The notes beneath the pieces are model-generated. The model did no database searches, was not told the origin of the DNA, and saw only the letters and a list, made by a program, of their open reading frames with translations. This document shows positions 19,293 to 28,895 of a stretch of 64,000 nt of DNA, in pieces; the first letter of the stretch is position 1, and each line of letters begins with the position of its first letter. Made by a program: the position numbers and the translations under genes. This DNA comes from an uncultured bacterium (lineage in GTDB: Bacteria > Bacillota_I > Bacilli_A > RFN20 > CAG-826), in contig CASGAD010000014.1 of assembly GCA_949299335.1 (NCBI GenBank), positions 66,330-130,329 on the forward strand. Direction: 5' to 3'.

Positions 19293-20342
19293 TTTATCGA
19301 TTTCTTCGAATAATGTAGGCAATGCATCTTTTTGGCTAACTGTCTTAAGGATCTTGCCTTTTTTAAATATAATAAAAGAATCTTTACCACCAGCTAGTCC
19401 AATATCTGCGTTTTTGCCTTCACCAACGCCATTAACAATGCACCCCATGATAGCAACAGTGATATATTTTTTATTTTTAATTAAATAGTTTAATGTTTCA
19501 TCTGCCATTTTAGCCGTATTTGTAACTTGGCATCTGCCACAAGTTGGACAACTAATAATAGTAGGATAATTTTCATATAATCCTAAATCATGTAATAGTC
19601 TGACACATGTTTTAATTTCTTTTTGAGGATTATGTGTTAATGAAATTCGAATCGTTGATCCTATTCCTTCTAGTATCAAAGGAGCTAAAGCACTAACTGA
19701 ACGAATAATTCCAATTTCATCATAGCCACTTTCTGTAACGCCGATATGAAGTGGATATTGAGTTTTGTTAGCGATTAATCTGTATGCATTTAAGGTTACA
19801 AGTGGATTAGAAGCTTTAACACTTATAACAATGTCATTAAAATTATAGCGTTCAAATATTTTTACATATCTTAAAGCGCTTTCGACTAATTTTTCTTCCT
19901 CACTTAATTGATTATTTTCTACTAAGTCCTTTTCTAAAGATCCTTTGTTAACGCCAATTCTAATTGGAATGTGTTTTTTCTTAGCTAAATCAATGATTGC
20001 CTCTAAACCTTCGATTCCGCCAATATTTCCTGGATTAATTCTAATTTTATCCGCTCCATTTTCCATAGCTAATAAGCCGAGTCTATAGTCAAAATGGATG
20101 TCAGCGACAATAGGAATAGCAATTTGCTTTTTTATCTCTTTTAAAGCTAAGGCATCTTCCTTATCTAGAATACTTACTCTCATTAAATCAGCACCTAAAA
20201 GGGCACATTCATTAATTTCTTTAACAACCTCATCAATTTTACTTGTTTTTATGTCACACATTGATTGAATAGCAATTTTATTATTGCCACCAATTTTTAC
20301 ATTGCCAACGATGACTTGTTTTGTTTTTTCTCTTAAGTTCAT
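19287..20342 (-). CDS. ispG: 4-hydroxy-3-methylbut-2-enyl diphosphate synthase IspG
   Basis: VADIHFDYR, RINPGNIG, IRIGVNKGSLEKDL, CPTCGRC and GCIVNGVGE are all present. Start taken at ATG 20342 (MNLREK). Confidence 0.92.
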   Translation of the reverse strand: MNLREKTKQVIVGNVKIGGNNKIAIQSMCDIKTSKIDEVVKEINECALLGADLMRVSILDKEDALALKEIKKQIAIPIVADIHFDYRLGLLAMENGADKIRINPGNIGGIEGLEAIIDLAKKKHIPIRIGVNKGSLEKDLVENNQLSEEEKLVESALRYVKIFERYNFNDIVISVKASNPLVTLNAYRLIANKTQYPLHIGVTESGYDEIGIIRSVSALAPLILEGIGSTIRISLTHNPQKEIKTCVRLLHDLGLYENYPTIISCPTCGRCQVTNTAKMADETLNYLIKNKKYITVAIMGCIVNGVGEGKNADIGLAGGKDSFIIFKKGKILKTVSQKDALPTLFEEIDKL

Positions 20343-20415
20343 ACACTTATATCTTATTAACTTCGTTAAAATTATACAATACAATAATAAAATAATAGAA
20401 AACTATCACCAAAGG

Positions 20416-20424
20416 TGGTAAAAT
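20416..20424 (+). promoter_or_regulatory. Extended -10 (TGgTAAAAT) upstream of rpmG
   Basis: TGGTAAAAT at 20416-20424, about 30 nt upstream of SD GGAAGGAG and ATG 20457. Confidence 0.4.
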
Positions 20425-20456
20425 ACTAAAGCATTTAGAGGAAGGAGCGATATTTT

Positions 20457-20606
20457 ATGCGTGATAACATTATTTTAAAATGTACAGTTTGTGGTGAGGA
20501 ACAATACATTACATCAAAGAATAAGAAGAACAATCCTGACAGAATCGAAAAAAATAAATATTGTCCACATTGCCAAAAAGTTACAGTTTTCAAAGAGAAG
20601 AAGTAA
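20457..20606 (+). CDS. rpmG: 50S ribosomal protein L33 (not in the ORF track, 49 aa)
   Basis: Hand translation gives [49 protein letters not shown], with two CxxC pairs and a KNKKN..R motif. Confidence 0.9.
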   Translation: MRDNIILKCTVCGEEQYITSKNKKNNPDRIEKNKYCPHCQKVTVFKEKK

Positions 20607-20611
20607 TCTAA

Positions 20612-21268
20612 ATGATAAAAACTTTTCGTTTTGAGAACGACACAAAGGAATTTAGCGCTAACACATATGTAGTTGGTGAAAAAAATGGTCCTTGTGTTGT
20701 GATTGATATAGGCTCAACGAGCGATAGAGTTATCAATTACATTAAAGAAAACCATACAACGTGTATTGGAATTCTATTAACTCATGGTCATTATGATCAT
20801 ATAAGAGGTGTTAGAAAACTCTTAGAACATTATAATTGCACAGTCTTTCTTGATGAAAAAGAAGATGAGATGATGGATAATCCACGTTTAAACGGAAGTA
20901 CTTTAATTGATGGTAACGAAAATGCGTTGAACTTAGGTACAAACGTTAAATATTTAGTCGATGATGAAGATGAAATATCATTTTATGGAGGTTTATTATT
21001 TTTTAAAGTAATAGAAACACCTTTCCATACTGATGGTAGCGTTTGTTATCTTTACGAAAAAGAAAACGCCTTATTTACTGGAGATACATTATTTAAAGGA
21101 TCAATTGGTCGAACTGATTTACCAGGCGGAAAAACTAAATTAATCAGACCTAGCCTTGATAAATTAAAGAAACTTGATCCTAAATTAATTGTTTATCCAG
21201 GACATGGCGATACGACATCTTTAGAAAAAGAATTAAAAGAAAATATTTACTTAAATGGAGGATACTGA
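20612..21268 (+). CDS. MBL-fold metallo-hydrolase (glyoxalase II-like)
   Basis: THGHYDH motif and C-terminal PGHG. Confidence 0.85.
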   Translation: MIKTFRFENDTKEFSANTYVVGEKNGPCVVIDIGSTSDRVINYIKENHTTCIGILLTHGHYDHIRGVRKLLEHYNCTVFLDEKEDEMMDNPRLNGSTLIDGNENALNLGTNVKYLVDDEDEISFYGGLLFFKVIETPFHTDGSVCYLYEKENALFTGDTLFKGSIGRTDLPGGKTKLIRPSLDKLKKLDPKLIVYPGHGDTTSLEKELKENIYLNGGY

Positions 21269-21270
21269 GA

Positions 21271-21828
21271 ATGAACGTTACAGAATTAAGACCTGGAAAT
21301 TATTTCAAAGAAGATAATAATTTATACTTAGTTATCGATATTTTGTTAAACAAAACAGCTATGCGTAAAATGGTTGCTAAAGTTAAAGTTAAGAATGTTA
21401 GAACTGGTGCAATCACAGAAATGAGCGCTAATAGTGGATACCAAGTAGAAACAATTAGACTTGAAAAGAAAAAAATGACCTATTTATATCGTAATGGCGA
21501 TGCTTTAGTCTTTATGGATGGCGATACCTACGAGCAAATCGAAATTCCTGAAAGTAGATTAGAATGGGAAATTAAATTTTTAAAAGAGAATCAAGAAGTT
21601 GAAATGGTAACTTACGAAGATGAAATTCTTGGAATTAACTTACCATCAAAGGTCACATTAAAGATTACACATTGCGAGCCAGCTGTTAGAGGTGATACTG
21701 TTAATAAAGCAACAAAAGAAGCTACACTTGAAACTGGTATTACAGTAAGAGTTCCATTATTCATTGAAGAAGGCGAAGACGTCCTTGTACGTACAGATAC
21801 CGGATTATATGATGGTAGAGCCAACTAA
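21271..21828 (+). CDS. efp: Elongation factor P
   Basis: 185 aa. KAT[KQ]EA..ETG and VRVPLFI motifs. Confidence 0.93.
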   Translation: MNVTELRPGNYFKEDNNLYLVIDILLNKTAMRKMVAKVKVKNVRTGAITEMSANSGYQVETIRLEKKKMTYLYRNGDALVFMDGDTYEQIEIPESRLEWEIKFLKENQEVEMVTYEDEILGINLPSKVTLKITHCEPAVRGDTVNKATKEATLETGITVRVPLFIEEGEDVLVRTDTGLYDGRAN

Positions 21829-21847
21829 TCAATTAGCGAGATAAAAA

Positions 21848-22072
21848 ATGATTGAATGGTGGGCAGCACTATTATGGTGCATCTTGGCTTTGGTCGTTGG
21901 TGGTGTTATTGGTTTCTTTGGAGCGAGATATTTCTTCAAAAAAGAACTTCAAAAGAATCCACCTATTAACGAAAAGATGATACGTGTTATGTATCAACAA
22001 ATGGGTAGAAAACCTAGCGAAGCTCAAATCAAAAGTATAATGAATAATATCAATAAGCAGAACAAAAACTAA
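21848..22072 (+). CDS. UPF0154 (YneF-like) small membrane protein
   Basis: One N-terminal TM helix, then the NPPINEKMIRVMYQQMGRKPSE pattern typical of YneF. Confidence 0.75.
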   Translation: MIEWWAALLWCILALVVGGVIGFFGARYFFKKELQKNPPINEKMIRVMYQQMGRKPSEAQIKSIMNNINKQNKN

Positions 22073-22077
22073 TATTA

Positions 22078-22112
22078 GAAACTCGCTTGATAAATAAGCG
22101 AGTTTTCTTTTA
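22078..22112 (+). terminator. Rho-independent terminator after the yneF-like gene
   Basis: 10-bp stem AAACTCGCTT / AAGCGAGTTT (22079-22088 / 22096-22105), 7-nt loop, T tract. Confidence 0.75.
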
Positions 22113-22242
22113 GGTATTAAAGTAGTAGGACTACATAATTAGAAAATAAACTTTTGTATTTATATTTTGTTTATAATTTTCAAATAAAACCAAAAGTGTG
22201 TTGTTAAACACATAGTTAATTAAAAAGAAGTTAGTAGTCAAT

Positions 22243-22271
22243 AAAAAACACGATAACAATCGTGCTTTTTT
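22243..22271. terminator. Bidirectional hairpin terminator in a convergent gap
   Basis: Stem CACGAT (22249-22254) pairs with ATCGTG (22259-22264), flanked by an A run on the left and a T run on the right. Confidence 0.5.
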
Positions 22272-22305
22272 AATAAATTCATATATGTTGAAAAGTTTTC
22301 CACAT

Positions 22306-22343
22306 TACTAATAAACTACTAAATTTCTACTAGTTTTCTACTT
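22306..22343 (-). repeat. Phased TAGTA array 2 (period 11 bp), starting at the plsY stop
   Basis: Plus-strand TACTA at 22306, 22317 and 22328. TACTT at 22339 overlaps the TAG stop of plsY. Confidence 0.7.
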
Positions 22344-23099
22344 TTTGCTTTTATTCCAACCTGCTGTATTTTCCGTATGATTAATAATTTTAATGATGTT
22401 TGATTTGTGTCTATAAACTAATAAAGCGTAGCCTAAAGTTGCTAATACCGGGAAATAAATGCAAGCATGAGGACCATATTCTGAAAGCATAAGATAGCCA
22501 CTAATCGAATTTCCACATGTAGCGAAGATAATATAGACTATCCAAGTAAATAAAACATAAGAGCCACACATTGTTAATGAAGATAAAGATACATATTTTT
22601 TAATTTTTAATGTGATGAAGAATATTGGCATAAAGAATGGAATTGCTGTCCAACTAGTAGAAAGAGCAAATCCACAATAAGTAGCAACAATTTTTCCACC
22701 TTTAAATTTAAGAAATAAACTATATGAGTGGCCAATCATTCCTCCGAAGGCTACCAAGTAATAAGCTAATTCACTTAAAGTATTTCCTTGTCCTAAAGCA
22801 TTAAATTCTTTATTATCACCTAACATGAATGAATTGATGGATTCGACATAAGTAAATAAAAGGAAGGCTACAATGAATGGAACAATTATTTTAAATATAT
22901 CGAGAGTGATAGTAATAATACCAGCTTTTTTAGAAACAACTCTACCAACATTTGTTCCTCCTGTGTTATGACTTCCTGATTCTCTAGGATCAATGCCATA
23001 AAAAATCTTAGAAATTAGTACTCCATTTGGAATGCTTCCAAATAAGTAACCAACCACAAAGCATAAAACTAGTATTAAAAATCTTAAAAAATAAACCAT
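22338..23099 (-). CDS. plsY: Glycerol-3-phosphate acyltransferase PlsY
   Basis: GSIPNG...SGSHNTGGTNVGR motif, multi-TM. Adjacent to parE/parC as in B. subtilis. Confidence 0.88.
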   Translation of the reverse strand: MVYFLRFLILVLCFVVGYLFGSIPNGVLISKIFYGIDPRESGSHNTGGTNVGRVVSKKAGIITITLDIFKIIVPFIVAFLLFTYVESINSFMLGDNKEFNALGQGNTLSELAYYLVAFGGMIGHSYSLFLKFKGGKIVATYCGFALSTSWTAIPFFMPIFFITLKIKKYVSLSSLTMCGSYVLFTWIVYIIFATCGNSISGYLMLSEYGPHACIYFPVLATLGYALLVYRHKSNIIKIINHTENTAGWNKSKK

Positions 23100-23333
23100 A
23101 AAAATTCCCTTACTAATAATAGTATAAAGTTTATAAATCGAAAATAAAATTATTACAAGAAGTTATACATAATAAAAATAAATTTTATAAATTAATTTTT
23201 ATCTAAAGTAGTAGAATGTAAAAAGCAGCTTAAAGTTGAAGTTGAACAAATTTCGTATTTCCTTAAATTTTTTATATAAAATAGGTGCTTTTTTTGATAA
23301 AATAAATAAGTTGATTTTAGGAAAAATAATATT

Positions 23334-25265
23334 ATGGGAAATTATAGTGCGAGTAACATAGAATTACTTTCTGGTTTAGCAGGGGTTAGAAAAAGACCAG
23401 CTATGTATATTGGTAGCACCAATTCATACGGTCTCCATCATTTAGTGTGGGAAATTGTCGATAATTCAGTTGATGAAGCATTAAATGGTTTTGGAAATAA
23501 AATCACTGTTACCATTCATAAGGATAATTCAGTTACAGTTCAAGATGAAGGTAGAGGGATACCTTGTGATATACATAAGCAAACAAAAATTCCTGCTGTT
23601 CAATTAATTTTCTCAACTTTGCATAGTGGAGGAAAATTTAATGATTCAGCTTATAAATCCAGTGCTGGATTGCATGGTGTTGGTAGTAGTGTCACTAACG
23701 CACTAAGTGTTTTTTGTGACATCACTGTTTATAAAGATGGAAAAATTAATCATTTAAGATTTGAAAATGGTGGAAATTTAAAAGTACCACTTGAAGTTTT
23801 AGGCAATACCACAAAACATGGTACAACCGTTACTTTTAAACCTGATCCTACTATTTTTTCAACTGTTGAGTTCAATTATGATAGAATCGCTGACCATTTA
23901 AGAGAGTCTGCTTTCCTTTTAAAGAAAGTACGTTTCATTTTAATTGATGAAAGAAGCGGTAATAAAGATGAATTCTATTATGAAAATGGCTTAAAAGAAT
24001 ATGTCGAAGAAATTAATCAAAATAAGACCAAAATGGGTGATGTTTTTGATTTTGAAGATACAGTTAGTCAAATTGATTGCGAAATAGCTCTTCAATATTG
24101 CTATAACGACTATAACGAAACTATCAGAAGTTATGTTAATAATGTCCATACTAAAGATGGTGGAACCCATGAAGTCGGTTTTAAAATCGGTATTACTAAG
24201 GCAGTAAATGATTATGCTGAAAATAATAATCTTCTTAGAGGCAAAGCTAAGCTTGAAGGAAGCGATATTCGCGAAGGCTTAACAGCTGTTATTTCTTTAA
24301 GACTTCCTGAATCAATTCTTGAATTTGAAGGTCAAACAAAAGGCAAATTAGGTACTCAATTAGCACAAAATGTTGTAAGTAACCTTGTTTATACTAAATT
24401 TTCATATTATTTAGCTGAAAATAAAGAATTCGCTGTTCGTTTAATTAAAAAATGCCAAGATTCAATGAATGCTAGAATTGCAGCAAGAAAAGCTAAAGAA
24501 GAAGCTAGAACTAAGAAAAAGTCTAAAGAATCAATAATTTTAAGTGATAAATTAACTCCTGCTCAAAGTAAAGAATATGATAAAAACGAATTATTTATCG
24601 TTGAAGGTGATTCCGCTGGAGGAACCGCAAAAAAAGGTAGAAATCCAAAATATCAGGCTATTTTACCTTTAAGAGGCAAACCATTGAATACTGACAGTTT
24701 AACAATGGAAAAAATTCTCCAAAACCAAGAGTTCGCAACAATTATTAACACTATTGGAGCTGGAGTAGGACAAAATTTTGATGTAAGTGAATCTCATTAT
24801 GGGAAAATCATTATCATGACTGATGCTGATACTGATGGAGCTCACATTCAAACGTTACTTTTAACTTTCTTCTATAACAATATGCGTTCTTTAATTACTG
24901 AAGGACATGTTTATGTTGCTGTTCCACCTTTATATCGTATTTATAAAACTGATAGCAAAGGAAAAACCACTGAAGTTTATGCCTGGAATGATGCAGATTT
25001 AGAGGAAGGGAAGAAAAAAATTGGCGCCGGATATAAAATATCTCGTTATAAAGGTCTAGGTGAAATGAGTGATAAGCAATTAAAAGAAACCACTATGGAT
25101 CCTAAAAATAGATTGCTTGTTCAAATTAAGATTGATGACCCATTAAGTGTTGAAAATAAAGTTGCTATTTTAATGGGCAAAGATTCAGATAAACGTAAAA
25201 AATGGCTTGAACAAAATGTCGATTTTAATGAAGTTGATAAATTCATTGAGGAGGTTAAACACTAA
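23334..25265 (+). CDS. parE: DNA topoisomerase IV subunit B (type IIA topoisomerase ATPase subunit)
   Basis: GHKL ATPase motifs, EGDSAGG, PLRGK, TOPRIM motif MTDADTDG. Called ParE rather than GyrB from the plsY-parE-parC synteny. Confidence 0.85.
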   Translation: MGNYSASNIELLSGLAGVRKRPAMYIGSTNSYGLHHLVWEIVDNSVDEALNGFGNKITVTIHKDNSVTVQDEGRGIPCDIHKQTKIPAVQLIFSTLHSGGKFNDSAYKSSAGLHGVGSSVTNALSVFCDITVYKDGKINHLRFENGGNLKVPLEVLGNTTKHGTTVTFKPDPTIFSTVEFNYDRIADHLRESAFLLKKVRFILIDERSGNKDEFYYENGLKEYVEEINQNKTKMGDVFDFEDTVSQIDCEIALQYCYNDYNETIRSYVNNVHTKDGGTHEVGFKIGITKAVNDYAENNNLLRGKAKLEGSDIREGLTAVISLRLPESILEFEGQTKGKLGTQLAQNVVSNLVYTKFSYYLAENKEFAVRLIKKCQDSMNARIAARKAKEEARTKKKSKESIILSDKLTPAQSKEYDKNELFIVEGDSAGGTAKKGRNPKYQAILPLRGKPLNTDSLTMEKILQNQEFATIINTIGAGVGQNFDVSESHYGKIIIMTDADTDGAHIQTLLLTFFYNNMRSLITEGHVYVAVPPLYRIYKTDSKGKTTEVYAWNDADLEEGKKKIGAGYKISRYKGLGEMSDKQLKETTMDPKNRLLVQIKIDDPLSVENKVAILMGKDSDKRKKWLEQNVDFNEVDKFIEEVKH

Positions 25266-27946
25266 TGGCTGCAAGAAATAAACCAGTTGAAGAAGAAATT
25301 GTAGAAAATATTAGCGTTGAATCCCTTGATGGAGTCATGGGTGATAGATATGCTATCTACGCAAAATATGTTATTCAAGATAGAGCCATCCCAGATGTTA
25401 GAGATGGTTTAAAGCCAGTTCAACGTAGAATAATTTTTAGTATGTATCAAAATGGTAATACATACGATAAGCCAACAAAAAAATGTGCAAAGATTGTTGG
25501 TGATGTTATGGGTAGATTCCATCCTCATGGAGATACTTCAATTTATGATGCTTTAGTTAGACTATCTCAAAGCTGGAAAATGAGTATGCCATTAGTAACT
25601 TTCCAAGGTAATAATGGTTCAATTGATAATGACCCAGCTGCTGCATACCGTTATACTGAAGCAAAATTAAATGAATTTAGTGAAACTCTTATTAATGACA
25701 TCGAAAAGAATACGGTCGATATGACTTTAAATTTTGATGATACAGAATTTGAGCCTGTTGTTTTGCCTTGTAGATACCCTAATTTATTTGTAAATGGCAG
25801 TGAAGGTATTGCTGTTGCTATCGCTACAGAAATTCCACCTCATAATTTAACTGAAATTTGCGAAGCTGCTATTCATTACATTCAACATCCAAAGTGTTCT
25901 TTAGATGATCTTTTAGAGATTGTTAAAGGGCCTGATTTTCCTACTGGTGGCGTAATTTATGAATGTCAAGGCATAAGGGACATTTATGAAACCGGTAGAG
26001 GAAAAATCGAAATTGCTAGTAAAGTTACAATCGATGACTCTAATAAGAACTATAACGAATTAGTTATTAGTGAAATTCCTTATGGAGTAGTTAAGCAAAA
26101 CCTTGCTTATCAAATCGATAAGATTAAAAAGAGCCATGAAATTGATGGAATTAATGAAGTTAGAGATCTTTCAAGTGGTGATGAAATTAAAATTTGTGTT
26201 GAACTTAAAAAGGAAGTTGATCCTAATATTGTTCTCGCTTATTTGATGAGTAAAACTCAATTAAAAGTATCCTATAGCTCTAATATTGTTGCTATTTGTG
26301 ATAATCATCCTAGAACTTTAGGCCTTTTATCATATTTAGATTATTACACTAAATATCAAATCGATGTTATCACTAGAAAGTTTAATTTTGATTTAAAGAA
26401 AGCTAAAGATAGACTTCATATTGTTGAAGGTTTAATTAAGTCGGTAAGTATTATTAATGAAATCATTGCTATTATTAGAAAAAGTGCTGATAAAGCTGAT
26501 TCAAAGAAAAACTTAATGAATGCCTATGGATTTAGTGAAATTCAAGCTGAAGCCATCGTTACAATGAGATTATATAAACTCTCCAATACAGATGTAAGAA
26601 TCTATGTTGAAGAAAAAGCAGAGTTAGAGAAGACAATTGCTTATTTAGAAGAAACTTTAGCTGATGAAAATAAAATAAGAAAAGTTATCGTTAATGATTT
26701 AAAAGCAATCATTAAGAAATTTGGAATCCCTAGAAGAACAGTCATCGAAACTAAAAAAGATGAAATTCAAATTGATAAGCGTGATTTGATTGTTAAGGAA
26801 GATGTTTACGTGGTTGTTACTAAGGATGGCTATGTAAAAAGAAGTTCTTTAAAGAGTTACAAATCTAGTAATGGGGCTCTTCCTGGAGTTAAGCAAAATG
26901 ATGTAGTTATCATGAATCAAATTGTAAATACTGCTGATTATATCTTAGCTTTTACTAATAAAGGGAATTATATTATCATGCCTGTCCATGAGATATTAGA
27001 AGGTAAGTGGAAAGATGAAGGTAAACACATTAATTATATGTGTAATCTTCCATTACAAGAATCATTAATTAGGTGTATTGTTGTTAAAAACTTTGAAGCA
27101 CCAGCATGTATCGCTATTGTTACAAAGAATTCACAAGTTAAGAAAACCTTATTAAGTGATTTTTACACTACTAGAACATCTAAACCAGTTTGTTGTATGC
27201 GTCTTACAGGTAATGATGAAGTTGCCGATGTTGCAGTGCTCTATGGAAATAGCAATATTTATTTATCTACTGAATCAGGAAGATCAACAACTTACTTTAA
27301 TGAAAATGCTTTCGAACCTACAAAACTTAAAACTTGTGGTGTTAAGGGCATTTCGACCTTGAGTAAGAGCACAATTTCTAGAATGCTAACCTATCGACCA
27401 GGTGAAAAGAGCAAATTAGTCATCGTAACAGATAAAGGATTTGTTAAGATTGCTGATTCTAGTAACTTTGTTTTAACTGATAGATTAGGAAGAACCGGAA
27501 CAATTCTTGAGTCGTTTAAAACTTCACCTCATTTAATGAGATGTTGCTTTAAATTAAAAGGTAAACCAACTGAGCTTACTATTCATTGCTTAATGAAGAG
27601 TGGAGAAATGAAAGATTTCACTATTAAAGATTTCTATTTAACTCCTCAAGATAAACATTGTATAACCAATTTAGAAGGATTTAATAAGGAAAAAGATGTA
27701 ATTGAATACATCTATAACGATGAAGCAGAGGTAATTGAAGCAAATGTTAAAGCTGATGCTCCTATAAAAATGCCTTCTGAAACACCTACCTTAATAAAAA
27801 GTTCACCAAAATCTCAAGAAAATGATATCTTCTACAGTTCAGATAAAAAACAAACTATCAAAATAGTGAAAATTGATGATTCTTCAGAAGAACCAGAAGA
27901 AGAAAATTATGAACAAATCTCCATTTTTGATGAAATGGGTGATTAA
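25265..27946 (+). CDS. parC: DNA topoisomerase IV subunit A, with a roughly 90-aa Ser/Glu-rich C-terminal tail
   Basis: DGLKPVQRR, HPHGD, AAAYRYTE (catalytic Tyr). The ATG overlaps the parE stop. Confidence 0.85.
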   Translation: MAARNKPVEEEIVENISVESLDGVMGDRYAIYAKYVIQDRAIPDVRDGLKPVQRRIIFSMYQNGNTYDKPTKKCAKIVGDVMGRFHPHGDTSIYDALVRLSQSWKMSMPLVTFQGNNGSIDNDPAAAYRYTEAKLNEFSETLINDIEKNTVDMTLNFDDTEFEPVVLPCRYPNLFVNGSEGIAVAIATEIPPHNLTEICEAAIHYIQHPKCSLDDLLEIVKGPDFPTGGVIYECQGIRDIYETGRGKIEIASKVTIDDSNKNYNELVISEIPYGVVKQNLAYQIDKIKKSHEIDGINEVRDLSSGDEIKICVELKKEVDPNIVLAYLMSKTQLKVSYSSNIVAICDNHPRTLGLLSYLDYYTKYQIDVITRKFNFDLKKAKDRLHIVEGLIKSVSIINEIIAIIRKSADKADSKKNLMNAYGFSEIQAEAIVTMRLYKLSNTDVRIYVEEKAELEKTIAYLEETLADENKIRKVIVNDLKAIIKKFGIPRRTVIETKKDEIQIDKRDLIVKEDVYVVVTKDGYVKRSSLKSYKSSNGALPGVKQNDVVIMNQIVNTADYILAFTNKGNYIIMPVHEILEGKWKDEGKHINYMCNLPLQESLIRCIVVKNFEAPACIAIVTKNSQVKKTLLSDFYTTRTSKPVCCMRLTGNDEVADVAVLYGNSNIYLSTESGRSTTYFNENAFEPTKLKTCGVKGISTLSKSTISRMLTYRPGEKSKLVIVTDKGFVKIADSSNFVLTDRLGRTGTILESFKTSPHLMRCCFKLKGKPTELTIHCLMKSGEMKDFTIKDFYLTPQDKHCITNLEGFNKEKDVIEYIYNDEAEVIEANVKADAPIKMPSETPTLIKSSPKSQENDIFYSSDKKQTIKIVKIDDSSEEPEEENYEQISIFDEMGD

Positions 27947-28173
27947 TAAGTAGTAATTATTGTAACTATAAAAATAAATATAGAAGCGATTAAGGCGATT
28001 AAATTGAAGTAAAAAGAGTGCTTAATTTCCAAAGTTTCCATCTTATAAGATTGATAAACTCCAACACATAAAAATGCAATTCCAATAAAAGGAATGAAAA
28101 GTGAAGCACCAGCTCCAATTAATCCCATTAGTTTACTTAAATGTAATTTGCTTTCTAATTTATTATCGTCCAT
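27943..28173 (-). CDS. Hypothetical small membrane protein (76 aa, two TM helices)
   Basis: ORF with two clear hydrophobic helices. Its 3' end overlaps the parC stop by 4 nt. No recognisable family. Confidence 0.45.
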   Translation of the reverse strand: MDDNKLESKLHLSKLMGLIGAGASLFIPFIGIAFLCVGVYQSYKMETLEIKHSFYFNLIALIASIFIFIVTIITTY

Positions 28174-28233
28174 GAATATTATTTTAATGAAAAGTAATAA
28201 AAAAACTACATATTTCTTACAAAAGATGTGTTT

Positions 28234-28271
28234 TAGTAAATAATTAGTAGTTTATAAGTACTAAATTAGTA
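28234..28271 (+). repeat. Phased TAGTA array 3 (period 11 bp) in the divergent gap upstream of yqeG
   Basis: TAGTA at 28234, 28245 and 28267. AAGTA at 28256. Confidence 0.7.
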
Positions 28272-28359
28272 GTATTCATGGATTTTTGTTTAACTAAAAC
28301 CTATTTAAAAACTTGATCTAATTTTGATTGATTTACTTTAAATAACAATACCAAAAATG

Positions 28360-28365
28360 TAAAAT
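28360..28365 (+). promoter_or_regulatory. -10 box TAAAAT placed for a leaderless yqeG transcript
   Basis: TAAAAT ends at 28365 and the ATG is at 28372 (7 nt). No SD. Confidence 0.35.
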
Positions 28366-28371
28366 ATATGT

Positions 28372-28893
28372 ATGTGGAAAAAATTCGTTCCTTTTGCTTT
28401 AGCTGAAAACATTTATGAGATAGAACCTGACTTTTATAAGAAGTATGGTATAGATACTATAATATGTGATTTAGACAATACTTTAGATGCTTATTATGTT
28501 CTTACTCCATCAAATGAAGCGACTAAATTAATTAAGACGCTAAAAGATAATGGCTTTAGAGTAATAATAATCTCGAATAACACAAATAGTAGAGTCGAAA
28601 AATACGCTAAAGATATAAATTGCGAATATGTTTCACTAGCTAGAAAGCCTTTTAGAGCTAAATCAAGAAAGTTTATTAAGCATAATAATATTGATATTAA
28701 AAAGGCAATTTGTATAGGTGATCAAGTGTTTACTGATGTATTATTTGCTAATCGAATGAAAATGAAATGCATATTATGTAATAATTTAGTAGAGAAAGAT
28801 CAATTCTTTACCAAAATAAATAAATTCTTTGATAAACATTTTAGAAAAAGAGTTTTAAAGAAAAAATTAGCGAAAAACTGGAGGGACATGTAA
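28372..28893 (+). CDS. YqeG-family HAD-IIIA phosphatase
   Basis: DLDNTL, ISNN and GDQVFTDV motifs. First gene of the yqeG-rsfS cluster. Confidence 0.85.
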   Translation: MWKKFVPFALAENIYEIEPDFYKKYGIDTIICDLDNTLDAYYVLTPSNEATKLIKTLKDNGFRVIIISNNTNSRVEKYAKDINCEYVSLARKPFRAKSRKFIKHNNIDIKKAICIGDQVFTDVLFANRMKMKCILCNNLVEKDQFFTKINKFFDKHFRKRVLKKKLAKNWRDM

Positions 28894-28895
28894 TT

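Noticed and set aside
23218-23295. Long-range pairing AAAAAGCA / TGCTTTTT upstream of parE, which might be an attenuator or riboswitch.
   Set aside because: The stem is only 8 bp and mostly A-T, with a loop of about 58 nt. There is no conserved riboswitch motif, and the pairing is compatible with chance in AT-rich DNA.
28187-28243. 18-codon mini-ORF (MKSNKKTTYFLQKMCFSK) ending at TAGTA array 3, and a 14-codon ORF on the minus strand at about 22290-22246.
   Set aside because: Neither has a Shine-Dalgarno sequence or a recognisable peptide motif. They are mentioned only as context for the arrays.
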